Of a stretch of 64,000 nucleotides of DNA, positions 50,235 to 63,315 are shown one piece after another; position 1 is the first letter of the stretch, and the number at the start of each line of letters is the position of its first letter. A program made the position numbers and the translations under genes. Source of the stretch: Neoconidiobolus thromboides FSU 785 (lineage: Eukaryota > Fungi > Entomophthoromycota); NCBI GenBank assembly GCA_025603075.1, contig MU626258.1, positions 321,457 to 385,456 of the forward strand. Direction: 5' to 3'. Under the pieces are notes generated by a model that was given only the letters and a program-made list of their open reading frames with translations, did no database searches and was not told where the DNA came from.

Positions 50235-51016
50235 TAATTTTCTTGATATTTACGCTAGTCTATCCCGAATTTGATCATTAAATTAGATAATTCATATTAT
50301 CTACAGGCTGACCAAAATTTTACCCTATATACATAGCAATTTAGTTACACTAATATTTGCGGACTTGACGAGGAATCTGCAACTTCAGTAAAAACTAGGA
50401 ACTGGGAACAGTTATCAGGTCGTTTGAAATATTCCAGTATAAATTCATATGCAAGAAAACTATTAGTTTTTGGTTGCAACAGAGTACATTTTTTTAAACG
50501 TAAAAATGAAAAAATTTTAGTGAAAATTTTTTAATAGTATTACAACCAATGATTTACCATTTTAATATTCATGAATTAGCACTGAAACATTTCGAACAAC
50601 TTAATACAAATTAGTAAGAGGATGGATTGAAGTGGGATAATTTCTTGCTATCTTTTAACTTTAACTGATTTAGTAATTAATTTGTGTAAACTTTGAGCTC
50701 AAAAATAATAATGTTGGAAAAAACAATACTATTATATAAATAATAAAATCAAAGTTTTATAATTAATTACTTCTATCTATTACATTGATATTACTAAGGT
50801 AATCTACATGTTTTATTACAAAAAGAGGAATTAGACAAGGATGATTGAAAATTATTTTAAGGTAATAGTCATGAACTTACAACAATTTGTATAAATTTGT
50901 AAATTTCTCTAGTTTTAAATTAGTTAAGTCACATTTTAAATTTGTAAAAAACATGACAAAAGTCGAAAAAAGCAACATAAAATAATAAAAATCCATTTAA
51001 CTATATATAAATTTAT

Positions 51017-51625
51017 TTAATTGATTCTTTTTAATAAAACTTTGCCTTCAAATTCGAAAGAGTTAGCATCAATGACATTTAAAGTACTTTTAACTTCAGT
51101 ACCATTATACTTAACGTCAATAACGACTTTAGAATCAGCAAAAGAAATAATTTCAAAGAATCCACGAGTATAAAAAGATTGATTATTTTGACAATAAGTT
51201 TTAACAATTCGACCACTATTAAAGATTTCTAATTTAGAAGCAATGGCACAATTGGCTTCATTTCCTGGGGCAGCTTCAAAAGTACCAAAGATTGAAGCCA
51301 CTTTGGCAAATTCACTGTCGTCAGTTTTCTTCTCAAGGTTGACACCATCATAATTGATACTGTTAACGCTTGATTTTACAGAAACAGTTTTGGAACCACC
51401 AGTAGAATAAAATTCATCAATTTTATCATTATTTTGGAAATAGACACCAAAGGTAATTTTTTTAGCGTTATCTTGAACACAATGTCTTTTAACTAAAGTA
51501 TTATCTGATTTTAAGACTAAATCAAGAGCGGAAGCACAACCAGCTTGGTTAGAAGGTAACTGGTAAACACCATGGAGTTGAGCTAATGCTAGGCAAGGTA
51601 AGAAAGATAAAGCAAAGAATTTCAT
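51017..51625 (-). CDS. Small secreted protein with an internal two-domain duplication, 202 aa
   Basis: Signal peptide MKFFALSFLPCLALA; two alignable halves, each with a Cys pair. Confidence 0.82.
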   Translation of the reverse strand: MKFFALSFLPCLALAQLHGVYQLPSNQAGCASALDLVLKSDNTLVKRHCVQDNAKKITFGVYFQNNDKIDEFYSTGGSKTVSVKSSVNSINYDGVNLEKKTDDSEFAKVASIFGTFEAAPGNEANCAIASKLEIFNSGRIVKTYCQNNQSFYTRGFFEIISFADSKVVIDVKYNGTEVKSTLNVIDANSFEFEGKVLLKRIN

Positions 51626-51682
51626 AGTATATATGTGAAGATCTCAGGAGATTGGTAAGGTACTTCAATGTCAAATCGACCC

Positions 51683-51690
51683 TTTATATA
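51683..51690 (-). promoter_or_regulatory. Candidate TATA box of the secreted-protein gene
   Basis: TATATAAA on the minus strand about 60 bp upstream of the ATG at 51625; weak evidence in such AT-rich DNA. Confidence 0.4.
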
Positions 51691-53547
51691 CTGTTTTTTT
51701 CAAAATAAACTTATTATTCTCAGCTTATCGACTATGGGAAATAAACATTATACCATTTATAATCAAGTTTTATTTTTAAACTTTTAGAATTTTTTTATCT
51801 ATTTGAGTAATACATGTTAACTTACCGTATTATATTATAATAAAAAAAACACATCATAGTATGGCAAAGATTTTATCATTTCACATATAAATATTAAGAA
51901 TATCTTATCTTACTTATAGATTCCATAAAATAAAGCTAACTTATAACAATTTCAAGATTTGTAAATGATTTCGTAAACTTGAGATTGGTTAAAGCTATTT
52001 CCCATCTGCAAAGTGATGGAATTCTAATAATAAACAAGATTTTATTTATTTAGGAGATTGAAAATTGAAATTCAAAAAACTAAGGATGGCGGAAAATAAT
52101 AAAGATATAAAATAAATAATCAATCTTTTGGGGTAGATTTTATCTTATTTTTCCTCTAGACCTGGCATTAGAAATATAAGCAGTGACTTATTATAGAAAT
52201 TATCTATAGCCTTATCGCATATATATATAAATCTTGCTAGTAGCTAATATTACTATAGTTAGTAAATAAATAAATTTTCCACATGGTAAGAGAAAATTTT
52301 AAAAGTATGGATATAATATTTTGTAAATGAAGCTTGAAAGTTATTTATTAAATTCGGATTTTGATTAATATAGAAAAATTGAATTAATAAAGTAATATAG
52401 CATCCAACTATTATCAATGATTCTCAGTAAAGAAATTGTGAGTATAAACTTTAAGCGCCTTAAATCTTAATATCATGTCTTATTTGATTTATTTTTATCT
52501 TTAGTACACCGATTGCTAAAAATAATAATATTATCTATTTTTATATATTTAAAAAAAAATACTATTATACACCAAGCAAACAAATCTCGGCTATACTTCT
52601 ACTATCGATAATTTTCTACTTTATTCTATACTTTTATATTTAAAAAAGATATCGTTTAAATCACTTCAAATCAGATCCCCTTATTAACTCCACAGTTATA
52701 CCTAATGCATTTATAAAAACAATATTAGGATTAATTTTATTTCCTATTACCAAAGCCTATTTGATTATTCCCTATATCGATTTTGTTAATCTTATTTTGT
52801 GTCCTCGATTAAGTATAACTTATAATAAATAAATATTTATAGTTCTAATGATTCCGGGACAATCTTTTTTCCTCGGATATTTTTCTAGCTTATCTAAAGG
52901 ACAACTAGAAAATTGACGCTGTAATCCCTTATTTATTACCCCCTCTCCTTCGCCTTTCACATTGCGTCTGAATTACTATGGGCTTTACATTACTTTTTGA
53001 ATATATAAAATACTGTTCAATTCGGTAAGGGTAAAAAGTACGTTATAATTCTTTAATTTACAAAGAATAAGTTAGAACATTCTCATTATGCTATTTATAG
53101 TATATTCAGTCAAAACTGATAATGATTTTTAAAAATAAGGTTTATAATCACATTTGTCCTCTCTTTTTCTTTACTAAACTATATATTACCTCTTTTTTCT
53201 TTATACTTGTGCTGGTATTTCATATATTAAGTCCTATTTACAATAAAGAATACAATCCCTTATCAGAGCTACTCTTCGTTTGCTTCTTCCGATATGTAAT
53301 TAATTAAATTGAAAAAATAGCTAAATAAAAATATCTAATCTACACAGTCAATTTTTATCTATTATTTCTCAGCAATAGTTAACTCAGTATACACACTTAC
53401 AATACTAGTCATAGTTTGTTTTGTTTACATTTTTAATGAATATGTCAAAATAGTTGTAATTAATATTTATAAAAAAGTTGTTCTCCTTCAAAAATGAAAT
53501 TCTCTTTATATTACAAAGCTAGTTGTATTTTGTAAAGTAGACAAGTT

Positions 53548-54110
53548 GGACTCCCCAGGAAATATACTATTAGAAGATAAAGGTGCTGTCCCCAGATTGA
53601 GCTCCATCATTCAGTGGGCCTGATTTAATGGCTACATTAAACTTGCCCGAGTGCATATTTCCAAGCCTTTGGTTGAGGACTCATATCCCTATGGTTACGG
53701 TAATATGTATGACAAAGTTTCTCATCAGTTGTTTGATTGCCCTTACAGTCAATATTTCTGGATTTCTCATACTTTGGCTTTTATCAAAGATTTAATCTCT
53801 GACCTCAGCCCTTGGACTAACAACTTTACTTATTTAGAGGATGTTCACTCATAGCTTAGTAGATATATTCAATTTCTCTTTATTGATTCTCTGGTGTGGG
53901 TTCTTTACTATACATTTTATCACTTCAAGTTTAAAGTGATTTCCACTCCTCTACTTATTCACTCTCTTTTTTAGAATGTTTGTCTGTCATTAGAAAAGAG
54001 GTCAAACGTTCCCTGATCATTGCTAACAGAGCCTTTAAAGGTTTAAAGCGGTTGGTTTTCCTAAAGTTTCCATACACATCCTAAAACTTTGCTCCTCTAT
54101 TGAATTGAAT
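53548..54110 (+). mobile_element. Decayed 3' fragment of a non-LTR (LINE) retrotransposon ORF2, zf-RVT-like region
   Basis: One frame reads VPRLSSIIQWA*FNG...SYPYGYGNMYDKVSHQLFDCPYSQYFW, resembling CxxC...HxxxxCxxxxxxW; several in-frame stops; AT-rich tail. Confidence 0.55.
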
Positions 54111-54283
54111 TAATTTCTTTTTTTTGAAATAAAATCATTGTTATTCCTTTTTATTTTAATATAAATATAATACACAAATTTTATTATTATGATTAGTTAA
54201 CAATTACCAGAAAATTGTGTTTTACATAGACATAATTCTAAATTCATGATAAAATAATTAAAAAATTAATAATGATACATATA

Positions 54284-54480
54284 ATATGAGGGTGTTTTTT
54301 TTGGCTTCATTACTTTTTCCATCTTTTAAGTGCTATTTAAGCGGAAAATTTGTTAGTAAAATTCTTAAATACAAAAATACATCCCCATATTTTTTTTGAT
54401 TTCATCACTCTCCATTTTTAAGCACTATTTGAGTAGAAAGAGTGTTTAATAAAATTTTTCAAAAAAATACATCTCTACAT
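54284..54480 (-). mobile_element. Two abutting MITE family 1 copies (54284-54390 full; 54391-54480 lacking one TIR)
   Basis: Second copy starts right after CATCCCCATAT of the first. Confidence 0.82.
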
Positions 54481-54787
54481 GCTAAATTTTTACTTTGAGT
54501 GAATAGCTTTATACTACTTTGTTGTTATATTAAACAATGACAACAAAGTCTTATAAGTTTCTTTACATTAATAATTGATATGAAGAAATACATCTTATAG
54601 AGAAATATAATTTTATAAAGTTGAAAAATAAAAACATTTTTAAATTTCGTCTATGTAAAATAAAATAAATATAAGGGCAAAACTAAATTCAAAAAGTAAG
54701 ATTTATTTTATTTATTATCAAATATCCAACAAATATTGCTATTAATAATTTTGAAAAGTAATTGTTGCTTTCATTCTTTTTCATTAA

Positions 54788-54888
54788 TATTTTGAAACAT
54801 ATTTTTTTGAAGATTTTTATTAATACTCTCTTTGTTGAAATAGCACTTAAAAATGGAAAAGTAATAAAACTAAAAAACAGCTTCATTT
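54788..54888 (+). mobile_element. MITE family 1 copy (very degenerate)
   Basis: AAATAGCACTTAAAAATGGAAAAGTAAT core. Confidence 0.6.
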
Positions 54889-55118
54889 ATTTAAATTTAA
54901 GGCTTAAAAAATAATAACATGACTTATTTCGCCTATGAAAATAATAGCTTATTAAGTAGTGGCGCCTTTACCTTTTATGATGGGAAAAAATATTATTATA
55001 TGTAAAACAATAGTGATTCTTATGATAAAAAGTAAAAATAATAACAAAGATAAAAATATAAAACTCCAGTAAACTAATATGGTTTAATCTATTAATTTAT
55101 TGATTTAAATATAAAAGT

Positions 55119-55709
55119 TTAGACTTGAACACAAGAAGGTGTTAGTGTTAAATATAAAGTGGGTATATCCAGTTGAAGATCGCCTTGTTTTTGGAAACCT
55201 TGGGTTAAAATTTCGCCAAACTCTTCTTCAGAATCCAGTTGCCTTAAGTTAAACCCTTTTTGAAATGGGGCATAAATCGCATGTTTAGGTAATGGTTTGG
55301 CTACTTTCGAAGTGGTACTACAACTACTAACGTTGCCTGATGAGTATGAGGAACTGATTGATGATAACGAAGATTTATTTGATAGAGTACTGTCCTCCCT
55401 TGTCCTTGTTCTCCTCAAAGAAGGCACTGATAAGCCTCGATGCATTACATTTAATACTATATTTTTAGAACTGTCGATTAAAAATTTGTTTGATATAGAA
55501 TGTGAAGAGTTCTTGAAGCTGGGCGTTAGATATGTTTCCATAGAATCTTCTTCAGTTATAATCAATTTTTTAGAGTCTAGCTTCAAGCTACTTATCGAGT
55601 GCTTAATTGAGTTCAACCTTTCTCCAATTGATAATTTTCTAGTGATTATTTTGGTTTTATTTAGAGAGTTATAACTCTTGCACTGTCTTAATTTACTAAA
55701 ATTCTCCAT
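55119..55709 (-). CDS. Hypothetical Ser-rich protein, 196 aa
   Basis: Intact single-exon ORF, GC above the intergenic level; ends FQKQGDLQLDIPTLYLTLTPSCVQV; no domain recognised. Confidence 0.7.
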   Translation of the reverse strand: MENFSKLRQCKSYNSLNKTKIITRKLSIGERLNSIKHSISSLKLDSKKLIITEEDSMETYLTPSFKNSSHSISNKFLIDSSKNIVLNVMHRGLSVPSLRRTRTREDSTLSNKSSLSSISSSYSSGNVSSCSTTSKVAKPLPKHAIYAPFQKGFNLRQLDSEEEFGEILTQGFQKQGDLQLDIPTLYLTLTPSCVQV

Positions 55710-56656
55710 TCCGCTACAATTAAAATGATAACTACTTAAGTATCCGGCCTTAATAAAATTACTAATTATTTAATTGATAATAAAGTATTAAAAAATTATG
55801 AAGTTAGAAGTATTTAAAATGATATTTATAATCTTTTTGATTTATTTTAGGCTGAGTTTATTACTTTGAGCCTTTTATAGTACTTCAATCTCACTTTGTG
55901 ACCCGAGTTTTTAGCGTATAACTTTTACTTATTTAAGCTTAGCCTACATTGAAACCGGTTTTGGGATGGAAGAAATTATTACAAAATGACAATTTATTAT
56001 ACTTGATCAAAAATCTTAGGCTCAATTAATTGATTTATTTATAACATTTGTAATTAGGAGAATTAAAGAAGAATATATAATATAATATATACCATTTATA
56101 AATAATATGCCTAAAGTGTAATAACAACAACTAGATATTTTAATATATAACATTAAATTAATTGATTACAGTATAATTCTCATCTAGAATTTTAAATAAA
56201 TAGCGAATGTCGATCATTTATGATATTTTAAACTTGAGTAAAAGCTTGTTTAATAATTTACTCGAAAAAACTTATTTTTATCATGATAAAATCGAGAACT
56301 GCTCATTATTACTTATATAGCATTAAAAGAAAGTGGTTTTTATTACTGGTATTATAGGATTTCAAATTCATTATATATTTCTTGGCTTACCGTTTTAATT
56401 TTTAAAATTAGCCATAACACTACAGTGATGAGAAAAAGCCTCTTAAAAAAATCTAGGTCAATAAGGATTTATCTTTGATCATTCTCAAATTCGGTTATTT
56501 TATGATGGAAAACTAAATATACCTTAGTTTGCAATCAGCTATAGTAGTATGATATAATAAAAATAATATTATTTAACATTTAATTGGTTGAATTTTTTAA
56601 ATTTTGATGTTTACTAAATTATTTTGCCATTTTTTAAAATTATTTCGAATAGAACT

Positions 56657-56762
56657 ATATGGGGACGTATTTTTGTATTTGAGAATTTTACTACTAATCT
56701 TTCTACTCAAATAGTGCTTGAAAGGTGGAAAAAGTAATGAAGCCAAAAAAACATCTTCATAT
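56657..56762 (+). mobile_element. MITE family 1 copy
   Basis: Full length. Confidence 0.85.
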
Positions 56763-57452
56763 TTAAATTTTACTTATTAAATAATCATCCCAAAAACGCC
56801 ATTTTCGCTTACAACTTGTGGCACTCAAATCCACTCTCTCATTTTAATTAAAAAAATTTCAAGGCTAAATATTATTTTTTCCCTATATTAAATCATAGGT
56901 CTAACCATAAATATCAACTAATTCCTGTTTGCTCTTTTTATCAAAATATTAATATTAAGGCTAAATGACGATAAAAACAATTATTGCTTGAAGTTTATCT
57001 TTTACCCCTGCTTTAAGAATTATAAATTGATCTTTATCACATAATACTTTTTGCAATTATTCTCCTATTTCATAAGCCCAAAAAACTAAACAAGTCCCTG
57101 GAGGGTATCTTTCTACACAGGTAAATACTTTTTTTACAATTTTAATAACGAATTCCAACCAAAAAATACCAATTGTATTAAAAAGTAGTCAAAGTTAATT
57201 TCAAAGACCAAGGATTTTATGACACTCTTCAAACAGTTGGTGTAATAATTTAGTTAAAAATGCTAATTTAATGATAGTGTCTGGGCCAGGTTAGGGTTAT
57301 ATTAGAGTAGGAGGTAAAAAAAATTGTAAATATTTATTAAAGATATAAATTTATGTTTACTTTCTATTTTTATTCATTATAAAAATACAACTACCACTAT
57401 TATATTCTAGTTTCTATTGAGTTGTATAAAATTACTGTGTAAACTAAAACTT

Positions 57453-58968
57453 TTACAAACAGATAAGCTTGTCTCCCGAAAATGTAATATCATTAGCACT
57501 TGATTCTAACTTTTCAACACTAGAGTCTATTTGATTATGATAAAGGCCTTCATTTCCTCTTTTATCCCAATGTCTAAAATTTAGCGTATTCAAATTGACT
57601 ACTTTCAATTCATTTTCCTTATTATTTAATATCAAAAAATTAAATGTTAACTGCGCCTTGTTCACGTCTTTAAACTTTACTATCTTTAGTTCCGATTTGT
57701 TCTTCAAATCAACCATAATCAATTCCTTATTCTTTAATAAAATGCCAGCAATTCCATTTCCACCAAGTATGACTTTAGAAATAGCATCATCTTCATTGAT
57801 AAGCTCTTTTGTAATTTCTATTGAAAATGCTGGCTTACTGCTGTATCCAGTCAAAACTTTAGCATCCTCGCTGTAATTTGGGTAATAAGGAACTTCCTCA
57901 AACTCATCTTTATTTTCATTTCCAAACCATTTTAGATAATATTTCTCATTTTTATTTTTACTTACTGCTAAAAACCCATGTCTATCAGATGTTATAAACT
58001 TGATCTCTTGATCAAGTAAGTTTTGTACCAATACTGGATAATAGGACTTACAATTATCAGTATTTGGCAAATAACCCCATATATAAACTAAATCTCTAGA
58101 GCTGTATTCCGGATTGTTTGGATTGCCAACGGCTATAGAGTAATCTCTATTTTTTTAAAAGATAAAACTCAAATAAATAGTAACAATAGTATACCTACCC
58201 AGCAGCTAAAATTTTACTTATAGTAACTTTAGCCTCATTAAAGAAATCAATGGTGCTTGGTAATGGATCATAAACTTCGGCTCCTCGTCCCAAAATACCT
58301 GCTCCCCTTTGATTTTAACTAAGTTAATGAACTTGTTTTATCAGCTATAAGAACGCTTACCAACTCCAAATCTGATTAGTATCTCGATCCAAACACAAAG
58401 TATGGAAATCTCCGGCTACTAATTGATATCCATTGCCACTTTTCTCTTTTTTGAAATTAATAGCACCAGGTAATAAAAACGGACTTTCTATTAAGTCCTC
58501 GGATTCCGAGCCACTATCCATTAAGCTAAAACTAGTGTTGGTTGGGCCTAACTTTGGAGTTGTTTAATTATTTGAATTTAGAAAAGGTGTGTTTGATTTA
58601 CTTGCCCATATTCATTCGAACCCCTAAACTTGTTAATTTTACTGTTTTTTATAGTTCTTATAACTTGTTATTTACCAGGTGTAAAGTTGGTTGTTGATAA
58701 TAGCAGCGTAATGATGGAGCTAATGGAAAGTCAGTATTCCATCTTTATTATTTATTTAAGCAATTCTCACCCCACATGTTAGTTGATTTAATTCGATAGG
58801 TTCTAAATTTTTGATTTCTTCTGGTATTAAACAAGATCTAAAATTGCTATTTATTGGCTCTGTATCATATTGTAACTTCTGTTGAAGTATATTAATTGTC
58901 AACCAACGTTGAGCAGTTTTTGTTATTACTGAACTTGGTCTTAGTTGAAGTTTAAAATACGTAAGCAT
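57453..58968 (-). CDS. RCC1-repeat protein with a possible mitochondrial presequence (multi-exon; 3' end uncertain)
   Basis: Hand-spliced TCGLHHYAAIINNQLYTWGSNEYGQLG, VAGDFHTLCL...IWSW and VYIWG repeats; basic/hydroxylated N-terminus. Confidence 0.75.
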
Positions 58969-59395
58969 AGTTAACAGTAACTTAAAGTTATAAAAAAGTG
59001 TCAATTTAAAAATTAAAGACGGGATTTTTACGAATAAAAAATGAAGTGAAATTTATTATTAGTTAAAATTAAATATTTGGTATAAGAATCGGAGGAGGGG
59101 ATATCGAATAAGAGAGCATGTATTGTCAAGGTTTTAACGAAAAAGAAAAGATAAAAGCATAAAAAAAAAGATGAGTATAAAATAAAAAACATTGGTACTA
59201 CCAGAGCAATTAGTGTATAATTTAAGATTAAAGTAGATTTATAGCTGAGGATACCAAATAGTTCAATTGATAATAATTTTGTTCCTTTTTTACAACTTAA
59301 AAGAGAGTTGGAATAGTATATATATATATATTCTTTTTAAATAAATTTCAATTAATTACGTAAATTTAAACATAGTTCTTTGTTTAGAACCTCGT

Positions 59396-60875
59396 TTATA
59401 ATATCCCACTATCTTTTAAGGCATTTTGTAATATCGTTTCTTTAACCGCTGCAAATACTAATCGAATCTATATAAATAATGTTTAGTTATTGTAGCATAG
59501 TTAATGTAGATTGAACTTACATTTGAAGTGTCTGTTGCTTGAGTAAGGCTAAAAAGAATAATTAATATAAAACTATAGATTAAATAATTTACTTACTGTG
59601 GATAAAGTACCAATTTCTTTGTATTTGTTTGTGAAAACCTCCATAAAATATATTTAGCAGCTTTGTTTATATCAGATCCACCTAACAAAAACACATTACT
59701 ACTATTAATTCTAATATTGAGTTGAGCTTACCATTATAATCTGGAAAATATTTATTTAGTGGCGAGATTGGAATTTTATGGCGGAATATATCAATCTTAT
59801 TTAAAAACAAAATAATGGACGTCCTTAAAAACCATCGGGAATTAATGATGGATTCAAATAGTACTAAACTCTCCGTCATCCTATTCTATAAAAATTAAAA
59901 TGAATAAACTAAAAGCTTTAAAATAAAAAAAGAATTTACTTGTCCAGACTCTTCTAATAATACTTGATCATATTCACTTAGCGCTACACAAAATATAATC
60001 GATGTAACTGCTTCAAAGCAATGAATCCATTTTTTACGTTCTGATCTTTGGCCGCCCACATCAAACATACTAAATAAAGTCATAAGCCTATTGTTATTCA
60101 ATATTGCACAATCAATAATTACTGTATATTCAACTGTCCCATCGTGAATCGAGTTTCAATGATACCCGTAGTCTTAGTACGAGCCCTTAAAACATCTTGG
60201 ATCGTAGGTACGTATTCTGGGGATCCAATACGTTGAATATGCTCGAAAAAGCTATGAAATTATTAATTTTTGCTATCAAAAACAAATTCATTTAAATTAC
60301 TAAGGTGCTGAGTCCAAAATATAGAATCCTCCAGAATGATTGAGGCATTCTGTAGTAGTAGGATCTTTAACTAAGTCATAAACACCTTGAACAAATTCCA
60401 TTGGAAGAGCACCAGAGAACCCAAAATCTGCTAAAAGTCGCTGATAATCCTTAATAAATAACTTTTAAAATAATTAGCATCCTATTCTTTGATTTATAGC
60501 TACAACTATGATTTACTTTATTTTTGCCTTCACTTGGAGTTAACTTCAAGATTTCATAACCTTTGACAAGATCCCTAACACAGTCCACTACATTTTTATA
60601 AATAATGGGCCGTAGCATGTTTAATTCATTTAAATCATAACCATTCTGATGAATGATTTTCATCTGTTTAACTATTGTCGACTTTCCAGATTCTCCACTT
60701 CCTAAAAATGATACTCGTTATCATTACTTTCATTTATTATTATGAATGTAAACCTACCTAACAAGAGTATTTTACATTCTCTACTAAATCTTTTACTATC
60801 CTCTTCAATCATCCTCTCAATTTGAAGGTTTCTCTCCCTTTCGCCTCTTTCCTCAACTGATAAACAGGCGCCCAT
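59396..60875 (-). CDS. GPA2: Heterotrimeric G-protein alpha subunit, fungal group III (multi-exon)
   Basis: MGACLS lipidation start; [12 protein letters not shown]; [16 protein letters not shown]; FLNKID; ends ALKDSGIL*. Confidence 0.93.
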
Positions 60876-63315
60876 ATTAAGATAATGTAATGCTATCGTT
60901 GTTAGATTATTTTGATATAAACTTTTTTTCTTGTTGCAATAAAGCTAAACTAAGACAAGACAAATGGATAATTGTATTAATCTAGTAATAAAATAATGAT
61001 TAGTTATCATTATTTAATTTTATTAACAAAAATTAATTACTAAATAAAATAAAAAATAAGTTTTAAAAAAAAAGAAAGTAACTTACTTAACATTTAGAAA
61101 GCATACTAAGATTAAAAACTTCCAATTCTCTTTAATTTTTTTTTACACTTATTGGTCTTTTTTAATAAAAATGATTTTAAAAAATGGCTGTTAAAACTTT
61201 TTAAAAAAAGGGTGTATCTAATACCAAACTTAAAAGGGGTAAATCAAGAAATGATTTGAAAGTAACTCTATACATTTTTGTATTGAGCAATTATAAACAT
61301 TCCTTTCTTTACTTTTTTTGTTAGTATCTCAACCATTATTTTTCTCTCAAAAATCTTAAGTTCTAAAATGTTGGGGTTTAAATACGGGGTTTATCTTTAA
61401 TTTCTTTCAAAAACACTTTCTTTTACAATAGATTTCAACAAACAACTAATCCTATTGGTTATAGTGTGTTTAACGTCATTGTTTATCACTAAAACTATGA
61501 GTTGAAGTGAGTTTAAATGAGGCATATAATTCAACCAATACCATAACTCTTGTTAATGAGATAACAGTTGCTTTTAAATTATGTGTCATTATTATCTTTA
61601 ATTCATTTTTTACAATAATTGTATATTTTAAAAATAAACCTTTATATTTAACAAGGGATAATAATTAACTAGTTTTTAAAATATAAAATAGATTATAATC
61701 TTATTTTAAGTAAAAAAATTTAATTAAAACTATTCTCCTTACTTTGCTTTTTTTAGCAGCTTTACTACCTTTAAAGTTCTTAACTTACTTTAACGATGCC
61801 CTTACCTTTTATATTAAGTTAAATAATAATGAATTAAACAAATAAGCAATACACTCAATATAAAAAAATCGTCTTTATGCAAGATGTAACCCCTTAATAA
61901 ATTATTCTTTCTAAAATACTAATACATCACTTTAAACTAGTTCTAATAAATATAATTTACTTTCAATATAAAAGTATTAGTAGCTCTTAAATAAACTACT
62001 TAGAATTTTAGAGCTGTTTAAGTTCAGCTGTGCGCTATGTAATGAATAGGCTTTATAACTAGTAATTCACATTGTTGTGGCGGTTTATAGCTTGGTGACA
62101 AAAAAAGCTCTCAAATGAGTAGTTATATAGCGCATATTTGAACTTAAATAGGCGTAATGAATTCTTTTAAGAGTAAAAAAATGCTAATCGTTTGTTGTTC
62201 AACCCTAAAATCAGCTCAAGTTATTTTTTGACCTTTTTTATTAACTGAATTTTAAGAAAAGACACTATTTTTTCAATACAATTTAGTTCAAGCAAATTGC
62301 AATCTATTAGTGATAATATTTGAAACTAAGCAATTTATTGAACAATTGAAACATTTGTATTTGATTAAAAGAGATATATAAATCAAAACAGTTACAGCAT
62401 TTCAATGTACATTCAAAGGCTAATTTATTAGTGTGTTTAAAGAAATCAATAAATAGAACTATAGAAATAGTCTAATTGATAAGTTATTTTATGAATTTTT
62501 TTAGATACACTACACTACCTTATAAGTATTATTCATTAGAGCTAATTTGATATCAAAATATCTTATTATGGAAGTGTTATAAAATAAAAGGTAATAAATC
62601 TATTACGAAGTCAATATAAAATAGAAATTTAATTTTTATTGATAGAGTAGTATCATAATTTAAGGTGCTAAGGTTTTTAAAATTGTGTATTTGAACAATG
62701 ATATAAATAATACATGAATCAAATTGACATATTTAAGCTCTAGTTATTGACCTTTGAGCACTAATAATGTATTCGATAACTAAATATATAAATTTGAGAG
62801 TGACATTTAAGTTTAGCTTATAAACATTTTATTATAATAATACGCAATCTAAAATTGTTTTTTTTAATAGTTTCATTATAATAAGTATTTGCATTTCTTA
62901 AATAAAAACTTCATTTATTCTCATTGCTATTTGAAATATGTTTTGAATTAACTATGAAAAGAACAATATGTTTAATATGTAGAATAAGTTTTAATTTTAG
63001 ATAATTAAGACATTTTCCATATTTTTATTAAGTCATAGTAATAAATTTTCAAATAAGAATGCAACATTACAATCACCTGTTAAGCTAACAATTTTTATTC
63101 CAAACTGTGGCAACAAATCTAAAAATAAGCAATAAAGTTTAATTTTTAGGAAGAAAAAAACTTTTTTTATTTTAAAATTTCAATACTTCCACCAAAATCT
63201 AATTCTTGGACTTCAAATTTTAATAAATAATCATTTGATGATAAATAAACTAAAATACACTAAATAATAAGGAGAAAAAAAGCTATAAAAGCTATAAAAA
63301 ACGAAACAAAACATT

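Noticed and set aside
50292-50530. TACAGGCTGACCAAAA (mariner-like end) followed by a ~65-codon open stretch
   Set aside because: No matching opposite TIR and no transposase motif recognised
3410-56762. Family 1 repeats as a CRISPR-like array or SINE
   Set aside because: Irregular spacing, both orientations, TIR-bounded, no constant-length spacers, no Pol III boxes or poly-A tail, eukaryotic context
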